64,000 nt of DNA. Source: Centroscyllium fabricii. Taxonomy: Eukaryota. This document shows, piece after piece, positions 37,265-49,907 of the stretch (positions are counted from its first letter, which is position 1; the number at the start of each line of letters is the position of its first letter). Location of the stretch: positions 126,480,001 to 126,544,000 of the forward strand of contig JBNRSN020000011.1 of assembly GCA_051313645.2 (NCBI GenBank), read 5' to 3'. The notes below the pieces were generated by a model that had not been told where the DNA came from, did no database searches, and saw only the letters and a program-made list of their open reading frames with translations. Position numbers and translations under genes: made by a program.

Positions 37265-37640
37265 ACAACTTGCATTTATATAGCTCCTTTAACACAGTAA
37301 AATGTCCCAATGCGCTTTACAGGAACATAATCAGACAAAAACTGACACCAAGCCAAAAAAGGACACATTAGGACAGGTGACCAATAGCTTGGTCAAAGAA
37401 GTAGGTTTTAAGGAGAAGAGAGGCAGAAAGGTTTCGGGAAGGAATTCCAGAGCTTAGGCCCTATACAACTGAAGGCACAGCCACCAATGGTGAGGCAAAA
37501 GAAGTCGGGGATGCATAAGAGGCTAGAATTGGAGGAATGCAGAATTCTAGGAAGGCTGGAGGAGGTTACAGAGATGGAGAGGAACAAGGGGACAGAGGGA
37601 ATTGAACACTAGGTTGAGAATTTTAAATTCGAGGGGTTGG
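37265..37640 (-). mobile_element. L2 LINE 3' fragment
   Basis: Tail CAACAACTTGCATTTATATAGC; similar to 15755-16100. Confidence 0.75.
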
Positions 37641-38439
37641 ATTAAAAAATAAACTATGTTTATCCTCCCTCAATGCTAAAGCTGAAACAGTTAAACAAAC
37701 CAAACCAATTATTCTGAAACTGCTCTGAAATGATCCACGACTTGTGTATTTGATAGTGCTGTCAGCTGCCAATTCAATCATGATGTGTGCATCAGCATGC
37801 AGTCATTTACGGACCACCTGTTTGCTGAATGAATGGACTCAGCCAACTGTCCATTTCATTTTGCAAGAAACTTGAGCTAAGCACAAACACTGGCTCTTCT
37901 GGTATTTAAAAGAAAATAACATACCAACTTCAAATTGCTCTTCCAGATTGCAGTTATATGCTGGCTATTACCTATGGAAATAATACTTCATTATCTTTTT
38001 AATCAACTAAGAATGTTCAAATTAAAACTCCCTTTTTTCTTTTGCAACAGATGTGTGATTTCAAGCTGTGAAGCTTTCATTTTACTGCTGGATGTTAATT
38101 AGTAAACAATTCTGGGTCAACAGTGTGGATATCATGTAATAGTCCCTTTGTCAGACTACAAAATTGCTTTCCAGCTTGGCTGTTTACCTGGCTTAATTGT
38201 GACCCACAGCTGAGTCACAGCAGATTAGTAAAGCCGGTCATTTTAATTCAAAATCAATATGAATTCAATGATCCACATCATTTACATGCTGCCTTTTTTT
38301 TATTCCGATCACTTGAAAGTTTGACATTTCCCACCAGCACTTGCAATACAGATGCTCAAGCCCAGAATGAAGTTCAAAAAATGTAGCTGCTTTGCTGTGG
38401 GGATAAAAAAAAGACATAAGGGAAAAACAAGACTGATTT

Positions 38440-39986
38440 GGCCCAGAAATTCGGGTCGGAGGCTTCCCGTGAGTGTAAGCCTCCAACCTGCACTTAACTA
38501 GCACGCCGGCCGTTGAGCTGTGGGCCCGCATGGAATTCCGATGCGGGGCCGCCCTCAACTGCATGCATGCCGTGCTCCCAGATCCCAGCGGTGAAGAGAG
38601 TGCGCGGGATCACGTAGGCCACGGAGAGCCAATCGGAGCACAGAATGCTCCATTCATAAGTTTGACAGGAAGACCTATCAAAAGTATGAATACAGGTTGA
38701 GCACCATTATACCGGCACGGGCGGGACTAGGCCTGCGCCGGTATACCGAAAAAACCGGAAGAATGAAGCTGGCCAGTGCGCATGCGCGCACCATTCAAAA
38801 TGGTTGCGCGCATGCGCATAACATTGGAAGTGGCTGCCGCAAGAATTCGAAACTCGTTCTAATTAAAAATGAGGCACACCACTTTTTAATGAAATGCCCG
38901 ATTCCTTTCTCTCTCCCCGCGACTCAGCGGAGATTTCCAACCGAGCGGGGCCGAAGCCCAGACCCGGGACAGAGATCCGGCACAAAGTACAGCAGCAAAC
39001 TGGCTGCTGCTCCCGGAGGGAAGGGGTGACGGGGCTGCGCCCAGTTAGCCGGCCGGCAGTGAAGAGCTTGCGGCGGGTTTGCAGGGACCCGGGACATTTG
39101 AAACCAGGCGGCGCCGCGCGATCCCTTTAAAGAGAAGCCGGGTTCAAGGACGCGCCCGAGGAACCCATTCCAGCCCAGGCTGCCAGTCCAGCGGCTCCGT
39201 CTCCTCATTCTTCAAACTCTCCGCCCGGCTTTGACACAACGGCCGCCTTTACCTTTCCGTGCTCTTCTCGGAGCCACGCATGCGCAGATCATTCAAAACC
39301 TCCAGCGGCCATTTTGAATGATCTGCGCATGCGCATGCCGTTCGGCGACGCATGCGCAGATCATTCGCTGAAGCATCAATCGCGGTGGCCATTTTGCGCA
39401 TGCGCAGGGCAGTCGGGGCAATTTGTTCCGGAAGACTGAAGCTGCCGGCTTATCGGGTAATGGATTAACGGTGCTCAACCTGTACTACAAGCCCCAAAAC
39501 ATCAATAAACCTTAAAATAATTTTTTTTAAATCACATTTTTAAAAATAACTATCAATTACATTAAATAACTATTTTAAACAATAATTTAAATTTTTGAAA
39601 AAATGAATTACAGTTTTGAAGGGGGCTAAAAATAAACTTACCTTTCTTTAAAGTATTTAAAAATAAAAAACCTGTGGGAAAAAATGTTTTAATTTGAACT
39701 AATTCACCACTTACCTTCTGAAAACCAGTCTTTGCACATTATAAAAGCAGCCGTAACTTTTCCATAGTTACCCAGACACAGAACCTGTAAAAAAAAAAAT
39801 CGGAAGTGCATTGTGCACCGCTGCCGCTCCCGCGCACGCATTCCGACCCCTGACCCCTTCTGTCAGGGGATCGGAAGTGCCCGTTTCACGCGCATGCACT
39901 GTGCATGCACGAAACCGGCACTTTGGATGGGCCTATGCGTGAGTACCCCGTCCGTACTCACGCGTTGGGACCCGAATTTCTGGGCC
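38440..39986 (-). mobile_element. Harbinger-group-like MITE hosting a nested TIR element
   Basis: TIRs GGCCCAGAAATTCGGGTC / GACCCGAATTTCTGGGCC; same family as 6617-7046. Confidence 0.85.
38693..39482 (+). mobile_element. Tigger/pogo-like TIR element, copy 5, with ~450-bp CpG-rich cargo
   Basis: TA|CAGGTTGAGCACC...GGTGCTCAACCTG|TA; GCGCATGCGC and AAAATGG arrays flank a unique interior at ~38820-39275. Confidence 0.9.
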
Positions 39987-40029
39987 ATTATTTGTATAGG
40001 CATAAAGGGAATGGAAGGCAAGGCTTTCT

Positions 40030-40043
40030 TGCCACCTGTTGGC
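40030..40043 (-). promoter_or_regulatory. Candidate CTCF site
   Basis: Minus strand GCCAACAGGTGGCA is close to the CCASYAGRKGGCR core; motif match only. Confidence 0.35.
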
Positions 40044-40589
40044 AATAGAAGTCATAGCACACACAGTGCAGCGACCTAGAGCCATTTGCTGTAAGAACTG
40101 AAAAACATGGGATTGTAATTTTCTAAGAACAATGCTTTCGATGAAAGGTGATACTGATATGGTGGGGTGCTTCTGAGCGTGTGATGTTTCTGTAATAGCT
40201 TCATAAATTCAGTTAATGGCCTTGCATATGGTTCAGTATGAAAATTGCTATGAATACTAAAAGTTCTGCAGAACATTCTTTACAAAGCTGGAAACATCAG
40301 ACAACAAGTTACATTCTCAATACAGTCACAAGGCCATTTATCATTTCTAGCAGTCTGTCCTGTAGCATTGAGTGTATAGGAAGAATCCCAATAATATCTG
40401 AATTTGGATTTTTTCATCCACTTTCTAAACTACAATTACATTTTATGAGGCACTGTACCTCATCTAAAAACAAACTAAAGTCACACGTGAAACCTCAAGT
40501 TGTACTGATCTCAACTGGCCACATGTATTGTTTTGCGATAACTGGCAACCAATCTGCTTTGACACCTCTGCTATTGAACATGGAGTTGT

Positions 40590-40905
40590 GTGGAAGTAAA
40601 GGGAATTAGGGGTTATGGTGAGCGAACAGGTAAGTGGAAGCGAGGCTGGGTTCAGATCGGCCATGTGATCTCCTGGACCAGTTTTCGATCGCCTAGATGG
40701 GTCGGAGAGGAATTTCCCAGATTTTTTCTCAAATTGGCCAATGGGTTTTTATCTCATTTTTCGCCTCTCCCGGGTGATCACATGGGTTCGGGCGGGTTGG
40801 AGAGTAAAAGTAAAATTGAGGTTAGGATCAGATCAGCCGTGATCTTATTGAATGGCGGAGCAGGCTCGAGGGGCCAATTGGCCAACTCCTGCTCCTATTT
40901 CTGCT
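40590..40905 (+). mobile_element. Short version of the composite CR1-tail element
   Basis: Shares GTGATCTCCTGGACCAGTTTTCGATCGCCTAGATGGGTCGGAGAGG...GAGGTTAGGATCAGATCAGCC with 23585-23830. Confidence 0.75.
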
Positions 40906-41724
40906 GATTTATCGTAATAAACTTCGCTCCCTTCCTTTTAAGAAGTATCTTAACATCTGCTTATTGTTTTCCCCCTGACTGTACTACTGAGATCATGAAC
41001 TTGCCAAGTGGAAAGTTACAGACAGGTGCTCTGTATCCGTACATTCCAAGACACTGAATTTTACAACAACATTCTACAATGGCTACTTTTGAATTTAAAT
41101 AGTATTCCTTCTACAGAATCACCTATTATCCTCCACATATTTTGATAGTGAATACAACAATAACTTGCATTTACATGGCATCTTTAATGACCCAACGTGC
41201 TTTATTGACCTAGAGTGGATATTCCCAGAGGAATGGAAGGATTTGGTGGAGGAGACTGAGACATGGCAGAATTTACCATGCTTGCGCAAGATTTCAATGA
41301 ATGACTAAGCCAAGTGTGCTCAAGCTTTGGCTTTTTGAATTAAGACAATGATGGGAACCGTACCAGGGAAATGACAGGAAGTGATGTTTTGGGAACAAGA
41401 TCAAAAGCCGAAGCAGTTGAACAGGTTAATAGCAGCAGGGTGAAGGGCCAGAGGAAAGGGAGCTTACAATTGAATTCGTTCGGGAGCTGGATGAGAGTTT
41501 TTCCAGGGCTGGACAGTGAGGGCAGTGAGAACAGAGGGACACAGGATAATAAGGGTAGTGAGGGAGATGATGTTCTCAGAAGTATCCTTATCAGTGTTCA
41601 AGACCTTGGTAGTAGAGAAGTGGCGAGGTTAGCAGTGTGGGAGGGAGACTTTATCTGAAGGGTGCATTGAGTGAGGACAGGCGGGCTGAGTTCATTTCAA
41701 TATAGGTGTGTGAGTCGGGCCCTG

Positions 41725-42044
41725 AATCATAGAATCATAGAATCCCTACAGTGCAGATCGAGGCCATTTCGGCCCATCGAGCCTGCACCGACACATATCG
41801 CACCCTATCCCCGTAACCCCACATATTTAATCCCCCTAACACTAAGGGTCAATTTATCCTGGCCAATCAACCTAACCCGCACATCTTTGGACTGTGGGAG
41901 GAAACTGGAGCACCCGGAGGAAACCCACGCAGACACGGGGAGAATGTGCAAACTCCACACAGACAGTCACCCAAGGCTGGATTTGAACCCGGGCCCCTGG
42001 CGCTGTGAGGCAACAGTGCTAACCACTATGCCACCGTGCCGCCC
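41725..42044 (-). mobile_element. HE1-type V-SINE
   Basis: Minus strand tRNA-like head GGGCGGCACGGTGGCATAGTGGTTAGCAC, V domain GTGGAGTTTGCACATTCTCCCCGTGTCTGCGTGGGTTTCCTCCGGGTGCTCC, (TTCTATGA)n tail. Confidence 0.9.
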
Positions 42045-42115
42045 AATGAATGAGCCAACCTCTTATTTTCCAATACAATAGCGAAATACTGCAGATGCTG
42101 GAAATCCAAAATAAT

Positions 42116-42874
42116 GGCCCAGAAATTGCAGTGGAGCCTTCATGCGGGTGCAGTACCTGCTTAACGCACTTTAATTGCCCATATTCAGTTTTGCTTTTTT
42201 GCACTCAGAAATTCCCGTTAGCCCAGCCTGTCAGAGCTCCATGCGAGTTTCATGGGCATCTGAAGGGCGTAATTAGTGCGAGGTGGCTTTTGAGACCACG
42301 TGATTGGCAGGGAGCCAATCAGTGGAAGCAATTCTCCGTTCAAAACTTCCACAGAGAAATCTGTGCGAGTTTTGAATGGAGAGATTCCCAAAAGACATCT
42401 AAACACAAAAATAAAATTTTACAAACACCACATTTTTTAAATATTACCCCAACTAACACAAATAACCTATTTTAAAGAAAAAATAAAAATTTGCAGAAAA
42501 ATGTTTCAACTTCCAACAGGTCTAAAAAAATACTTACCTGTCTTTAAAGTTATCAACAATTAAAAACCTGAAAAAACAACAATTAAAATCAATAAAATAC
42601 ACACTTACTAGATAAAAACAAGTGTTTACGACTCCTATTTTCCAGTGTTGAATTTTCTGCTCTTGTTCCGTAGAAAAACTTTTTAAAAATATCGGAATGA
42701 CTGGGTGATCCCGTAGTTCGCTGCTTCCTGCGCTGGACCTCACAAGAAGCAGCGACACCCCCGCTGGGCGGCACAGGAAAACCCGAAGCTACCGGCTGCT
42801 TCCTGCGGGTTTAAGCTCTGGTGTGCTCGCACCAGAGCTTAAACCCGATATGCGCAGACTGCAATTTCTGGGCC
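42116..42874 (+). mobile_element. Harbinger-group-like MITE inserted into a Penelope-like palindrome arm
   Basis: TIRs GGCCCAGAAATTGCAGT / ACTGCAATTTCTGGGCC; flanks rejoin as GCTGGAAATCCAAAATAA..AACAGAAAATGCTGG. Confidence 0.85.
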
Positions 42875-42876
42875 AT

Positions 42877-43061
42877 TAACAGAAAATGCTGGAAAAACTC
42901 AGCAGTTCAGGCAACATCCGTGAAGAGAGAAATAGAGTCAACGTTTCGGGTCGGGACCCTTTATCAAGACTTGATAAAGGGTCCCAAACCCGAAATGTTG
43001 ACTCTATTTCTCTCATCACGGATGTTGCCTGAACTGCTGAGTTTTTCCAGCATTTTCTGTT
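42877..43061. mobile_element. Penelope-like pseudo-LTR palindrome with degenerate hammerhead cores
   Basis: Inverted arms about 42969; TTGATAA-AGGGTC...ACCC-GAAA(C/T)GTTGAC on both strands. Confidence 0.75.
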
Positions 43062-43829
43062 GTTATTTTTTATTTTCCTAACTTCTCTTCGTATCCAATT
43101 CTACTGTTATACTATAAACATGACAAAAAGTCAAGTACAAATGTTTGCCTCTTTACTTTTTGAAACCCCAGCCATATTTAAAGGGCACTGTAAACACTTC
43201 AAGAAGTGTTTAGGCAGACTCAGTTCCTGGAAACCCAATTTCACAGCTGCTGTAACCATTTGTGCTTTAGCAGTTGTTGTGTCTGCTGCTGCCGCACCCA
43301 ATTACAAGAGGCATCATTGACATGGAGCTGTTAATTCTTGAAGTAAATGATAAATTATTTTATGAGGGTCACAATCCCCCTTTAATATCTGCAGGAAGTT
43401 GTTTGTGGATAGAGTTGTAGAAGAATTTCAGCAGACATAGGCTCCAGTCATTGAACAGACTTTATTTTTGTCTTCCAACCACCAAAGAGAGGTATTTGCT
43501 CATTGGATATTTAATTAAGTGGAATCGATTGTGCAATTACACAGTTAATAAACTGTGAGGATTTTGATTGAAAGTACAAATGAACATTTGGATAAAAATG
43601 TCTTCTTCTTAGTCACACACTGGGGAAACATATTGACTTCCGTCATTCAGCAGTAGCAGCTGTTTACAGGCACTAAACATCCTAACACATCCTTTAATTT
43701 GATTCGTATCCCAAAGAGAGAGAAACGTCAGAGAAGGATGAATAATGTAGAATATAGGTTAGTTAGGTATTTCAGAGTTTTGTTTGATTTATCTTTGGGG
43801 ACCAGGGAGAAACTTTGCCAAACTTTACT

Positions 43830-44480
43830 TCAGGAGATTAAATGATACATCTTAACATTTATATAGAATTCCTCACAGAAAACACATCTCCAGAGATGGA
43901 CACTGACCAGGGCTGAAAAAGGGCAGAGTGAGAAACAGGTTGAAGAGGAAGTGAAACAGATGGCTTTTTGGGATGTTTTTGAAAGATGCGAGGGAGACAG
44001 TGATGAAGAGGGGTTTTGGGAAGGGGTTACAGAGGAGGGGAACATAAACAGAAAATGTTGAAGTGCAGGGAGTGGGGTTTGAGAAGTAGGCTGGTGTCTG
44101 AGAGTGCATGCAGCGATGTATGGCAGGAGGAGATCACAGAGAGAAGTTAAGAAGAGGCCACAGAGTTCAAGGATCGTATGGTTTATCTATTGGGGTGGAT
44201 AAATCCAGTGGAGCTTGGCAAGAATTATGATGGTGACGTGGGCCTTTGTTCAGGAAAGGACATGTGCTCGGATGTTCTGGACAATTTATAATTTCTAGAG
44301 GATGGCTGGCAAGGAGAGCACACAAGAAGTCAAGCCATGATGTGATGAAGGCTTGGATTAACATCTGGGGAGAGAGGCGAGCAATATTTTAGGAAGAAAG
44401 CAGACTTGGTGATGGATCAAATAGGGAGAAGGAAACCCTTTCTCAGGGTCAAGGAGGATGCTGAATGTTCAGATTGCAAC
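43830..44480 (-). mobile_element. Old L2 LINE fragment
   Basis: Minus frame MLIQAFITSWLDFLCALLA resembles the L2 LIHAFVTSRLDYCNALL motif. Confidence 0.65.
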
Positions 44481-44633
44481 CAAAGAGATTTATGGCATTC
44501 AGGGCAGCACCACAGATGTGCTATCTAGGAGCCAAAGAAGGTTCGAGGGAAGTTATGACTCATTGAAAACTTAATGTACATCTCTGCTCCAGATATGAAT
44601 TATTCAAGCAGGTATGAAGGGGTGGGACTTGAT

Positions 44634-44816
44634 GGGGTAATTTTAACCTAATCTGCCCGTTGGGACTGATGGGATCATGTGCAACACCGATTCTATACTC
44701 CGCCCGATTTTACTCTCCATTGAAGTCAATAGAGAGTAATATTGAATGGGTGTAAAACTGGCGTTCCGCCCAATCCCATGGGTTTCCCAGCAGGCGAGTT
44801 AGATTAAAATTACCCC
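44634..44816. mobile_element. Short fold-back MITE
   Basis: GGGGTAATTTTAACCTAA / TTAGATTAAAATTACCCC with central palindrome TTACTCTCCATTGAAGTCAATAGAGAGTAA. Confidence 0.8.
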
Positions 44817-46674
44817 ATCAACGTTGTGTCAGACTTTAAATCAATATGGGTGTAATTCTATGTTCTGCAACTGTAGGAGTGTTGGAGGGTGTGACTGAAG
44901 TAGAAGTTTAGAGATTGCTCATGTGGTTATTTGTCGGGCTTATTCTCATTGCAATACCATTTACACTCAGCATATATTGATCAATGAGGGGACAAAAAAA
45001 TCAACTGTGCATTACATTTATCCCACAACAAAGTCATGTACCAACCAATTTGTCTATTTAAACAAATGTAATGAACAGATGATTTTTCTCCCCCTGTGTG
45101 ATATAGTTAGTTTGGAGACCAGGTTACTAAACAGTAATTGGAATTTCACACCATATTTTAATGTTATTTTGGAGGTTACAAAGCTTTATATTATTACTTT
45201 GATAATAGTCTTCTGGACAAGCTAACAATAGAATTGGGTCTAGTCCAGAGAACTACCGTCAAAATAATAATATAAGGCTTTGCAGAAGTCTCCATTCTGA
45301 ATGTTTATGCCATTGATTATAAACACAGATAGATCTAATTTATTAAATATTATGCTCTCTCGTTCCTTTTTTCATTACGAAATCTCCATCTGTCATTTTT
45401 TTTAAATTCCAAACTTGCTTCTGCCATAAAAGTGCAGCTTGTTATTAATTCACTAAAATCCTTAATTTCATTTTAGTGCAGACCCAGCCTGTCAGTCTCA
45501 GTCTGCTAAAAGCATTCATGCTGGGGAATGTCTGTATTGTAACTCTAAATCATGGCTAAATGCTGTCTCAATAGAGCATTTCCCTTACACTCGGAAATAC
45601 ATTACATGTCAATGTTCTGTATTTGTGATATGAGTTAGTTATTCCTGTCACTGTTTCATCAGAACTTTACAATGCAGCAACATTGCATCTGATCAGTGTC
45701 TTATTACCCCTGCTGTCCTCACAGTGGAGGGTGTTATATTACTATTGATTATTGAGCTATCATATACACAAGGTGATGAATTTTCCTGTAATTCACTGTA
45801 AAAAAATAACTTGGTAATACCGGCGGCCCCTACATTACAAATTCAATATTCCTTTCCAAGTCCCACACCGCAGATTTAAAATTCCTTCAGGTCGTACTTC
45901 ACAGATTCAATATGCTTGCAGGTTTTATGTCACAAATCCAGCATTCCTTCAAGTCTGCGTCATAAAATCAATAGGCTTTCAAGTCTTACATCATACGCGC
46001 CAATGGGAACATGCTACTACAATGGTACGAAAATGAATTGAAAAGAAAATTCACGACAATGACCATATTTACACAGAATGGATACCTCCCTGGAAGTTAA
46101 AACAATAATCTGGAGTCACTTTGCTCTCACAGTTGATCACCGTTTGGTATCTCCCCAAAAGGAATTCTCTTCCACAAAAAGTATTACAGCGTGCTGGATT
46201 TCCAGTTGTCAAACTTTTTGTTTTCAATAACTTCACTGTCTCCTGGTCTGCTAATTTTATTCTCTCAACACCTACTTTGAGGAGCACAATGTTTCTTCTA
46301 CTTCTCCCCAAAAACAATCGATCAGGGAGTGCTATTAATGTCTCTATCACCCTCAATAACCATCAGATATTGATCCAGCTCCTTTTTAAAAGTGGTAAAT
46401 GGTTAGATCAGCGAGCCTCTCTCTGAGTCTGTTTCACATGCCCACTCTCCTTGCTTGAGGTTTGTGACTTTTGCCCCTTATTTTCATATGTTTCAGGTGT
46501 GGGCCCTAGATGCTCTTTTGATGCCTATACCAATATGGTGGGTGGCGCACTTCCGGATCAGAATTTGCACGTGCGTGCTGCCCACCCTAATGGATGCTTT
46601 GGTGCTCATTTTACATCTCGGTGAATTTATGGGGAATTTGTCCATGCAGTACTGCAAAGGAAGAAATTCTCAGT

Positions 46675-47360
46675 CATAGAAACATAGAAGATAGGAGCAG
46701 GAGTAGGCCATTCGGCCCCTCGAGCCTGCTCTGTCATTCAATGCGATCATGGCTGATCATCCAAATTCAGTACCCCGTCCCTGCTTTCTCTCCATATCCC
46801 TTGATCCCTTTAGCCTTAAGAAATATATCCAACTCCTTCTTGAATATATTTAATGAATTGGCATCTACTGCCTTCTGTGGTAGAGAATTACACAGGTTCA
46901 CCACTCTCTGGGTGAAGAAATTCCTCCTCATCTGTGTCCTAAATGGCTTACCCCTTATCCTTAGACTATGACCCCTGGTTCTGGACTCCCCTACCATCGG
47001 GAACATCCTTCCTGCATCTTGTCTGTCCAGTCCTGTTAGAATTTTAGATGTTTCAATGAGAGCCCCTCTCATTCTCCTAAACTCCAGCGAGTACAAGCCC
47101 AATCGACACAATCTCTCCTCATACGTCATTCCAGCCATCCCAGGTATCAGCCTGGTGCATCTTCACTGCACTCCTTCCATGGCAAGAACATCCTTTCTTA
47201 GATAAGCGACCAAAACTGCACACAATACTCAAGGTGTGATCTCACCAAGGCCCTGTACAACTGCAGAAAGACATCCTTGTTCTTGTACTCGAACCCTCTC
47301 GCTACGAAGGCCAGCATACCATTTACCCTCTTAACCGCCTGCTGCACCTTCAGCGACTGG
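46675..47360 (-). mobile_element. CR1 LINE 3' fragment
   Basis: ORF 46767-47138 YEERLCRLGLYSLEFRRMRG...; (CATAGAAA) tail. Confidence 0.92.
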
Positions 47361-47645
47361 TATTCAGTCATTCTGACCTGCTAATGTACATCTCCGAGTG
47401 ACCAGCTAAACAGTGGTTCTTGTTAACGCCTGGTACCAGATCTCCAGTCTCCTCTTATTGGCTAAGGATTGTGTATGGCACAGGTTTATAAGAGGAAGGA
47501 GAGAAAGTTCTTTCTCTAAAAAAATTTTTGAAAAGGGGAAGGTCATGCAAGTTTGACTTCTTGATTTTTCAAACATGCAATCAGATTTACAAAAAGGGAG
47601 AACGTTCAAAGTAAAATAGTTGCAACAGCAGTGAACTGCAGTAAG

Positions 47646-47778
47646 AAAAATACCCAAAGCAAGTAACAACAGAAAATGCTGGAAAAACTCAGCAGGCCAG
47701 GCAAAAATACCCAAAGCAAGTAACAACAGAAAATGCTGGAAAAACTCAGCAGGCCAGGCAAAAATACCCAAAGCAAGT
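47646..47778. repeat. Exact 57-bp tandem duplication containing a Penelope-like fragment
   Basis: AAAAATACCCAAAGCAAGT x3, separated by two identical AACAACAGAAAATGCTGGAAAAACTCAGCAGGCCAGGC. Confidence 0.9.
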
Positions 47779-48619
47779 GTTTTGCCACTGGCATGCATCA
47801 CTGAGTGCTGAATGTCTTTTGGGAACTTGCATGTTTTGTTAACTGCCAAAAAAGAAAGTTAACACTTCAGTTTGAATCATGTAACATATTCTTATTTCCA
47901 TTAACTGTCGATCAATTATTTGCTCTGCAGTGACAATTCTTCCAGTGAGCCCTTTTTAATAGTCTAAACTGGATTGCTTGCATTTTAATTGTTTGCATTT
48001 TTTAAATCACCAATTTTCTCCCCTCCCTCCTTTCCTGAAGGCAATGACTCCTTGAGCTAAGGTTCCACAGGCACTGGTCACTTGCCCTTGATAGTGAGTG
48101 TTGGCAGGTTATGCAGCTGTGGGGCCATCACAGTTAAGCCCAGTCCTGTTCTCACCCAATATCTGAACACGTACGCTTCCAACAGGGTAGCAATCTGGCT
48201 GATTTTCCACCCTCAAATCTAGGAGCAGTGTGGCACCCTGCTACTGCCTCCACTGAGATCAAATAACTCAGCATAGACAGGGCATCAAACTTGGGATCTT
48301 CTTGGCCTGTGTGGGTGAACTACTGACTGAATGAACTAGCTCAACCATCAGAAGAGCCCACTTTTACAGGTGATATTGCAGACTGTGGAACAGTAAACCA
48401 CCTGTTCCTCTTAACCTCTTCCTTTCTGGCTCAGCATTTCATTTTTCTCACACCTATCTAAGAGATGTTGGGCCATTCTCTACATTAATGGGACTGTATA
48501 AATGTTGGTGCTGTTGGTACCTACAGCCTGCTGAATATAAATTAATTAGTAAGAATGGCTTTTTTCTGTACACTAAATTGTGATAAATTTGTGAAGATAG
48601 TGACTCAGAGAAAAGCTCC

Positions 48620-49030
48620 GGGCGGCACGGTGGCACAGTGGTTAGCACTGTTGTCTCACAGCACTGGAGACCCGGGTTCAAATCCAGCCTCGGGTACTAT
48701 CTGTGTGGAGTTTGCACATTCTCCCCGTGTCTGCGTGGGTTTCCTCCGGGTGCTCCGGTTTCCTCCTACAGTCGAAAGATGTGCGGGTTAGGTTGATTTG
48801 CCATGATAAATTGACCCTTAGTGTTAGGGGGATTGAATATGTGGGGTTACGGGGATAGGGTGGGATATGTGTCGATGCAGGCTCGATAGGGATCGAGGGA
48901 TATGGGGAGAGGGCAGGGGCGGGGTACTGGGTTTGGATGATCAGCCATGATCTCATTGAATGGCGGAGCAGGCTCGAAGGGCCGAATGGCCTACTCCTGC
49001 TCCTAGTTTCTATGTTTCTATGTTTCTATA
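48620..49030 (+). mobile_element. HE1-type V-SINE with extended CR1 3' tail
   Basis: tRNA-like head, V domain, then GGATATGGGGAGAGGGCAGG...CCTACTCCTGCTCC and (TTTCTATG)n. Confidence 0.9.
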
Positions 49031-49517
49031 TAGAACTGAGGCAGCCCCTGTGAATTTTATTAGTTAATCCTATAGATTATGGAAGCTGAATCTCCCCAAA
49101 TCACAACAACAATATTTAACAAAAAATTTTTTTTCTTATCCATTTATTTATCTTTACTCAATAAAACATACCGCACATAGACAGTTATGGTACAGCATTT
49201 TCCTAGGAAGGAGAATAAAACACAGCAATCTGATGGAACAGAAGCTTGCCAATACACACAAGTACAGCAATAAAGAGCCTTGATGCGACACAACAAATTC
49301 AACTACCAGGAAAACATAATTCCATTAGCAGGATAATAGAGCCTGTAACTTTAATGCACGGCTTTCACTATTGCTGTGGATGCCGGGATAGCTCCCCTTC
49401 ATAACATTCCACTGCAAGAGAAGGCAAGGGAGATATAGGTGGGCTGTGAAGAGAGAAAGAGAAATGCAGGAAAAGAAAATTGCAAAAAGAAAAGTCAAGA
49501 GAGGAGAGAACGACATA

Positions 49518-49907
49518 CAGGTACACAATCCCTTATCCGCAACTCTGAAAACCGAAAAGCTCCGAAAACCGAAAGTTTTTTCGGAGCGTCACATGACCCG
49601 AGTTGTGCCAAACATGACCCGTTTTGAAAGGTAATTCGGGGCCTGAGGCCTACACCGGGTGTTTATTAAGCTTTCCAGCATTTGCACTGTGTAACTTTCC
49701 AGCCCACCCGCGGGTCTAATTCCTCCCCAAGCCTACCGTTTTCGACAGCGTCTGCGTTCCACGCCTGCGCACTGGTCCACCAACACGGCAATGCACATGC
49801 GCATGCACTCTGCGCACGTGCACTGGGCACCATCCCGAAAACCGAAAAATCACAAAAACCGAAACCCATCTTGTCCCAAGGGTTTCGGATAAGGGAATGT
49901 GTACCTG
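49518..49907 (+). mobile_element. Second TA-flanked Tigger/pogo-like MITE family, copy A
   Basis: TA|CAGGTACACAATCCCTTATCCG ... CGGATAAGGGAATGTGTACCTG|TA; subterminal CCGAAAA repeats. Confidence 0.9.

Noticed and set aside
46069-46426. 95-101 aa ORFs on both strands
   Set aside because: No recognisable domain; partly overlaps an old CR1 end (FKKELDQYL on the minus strand)
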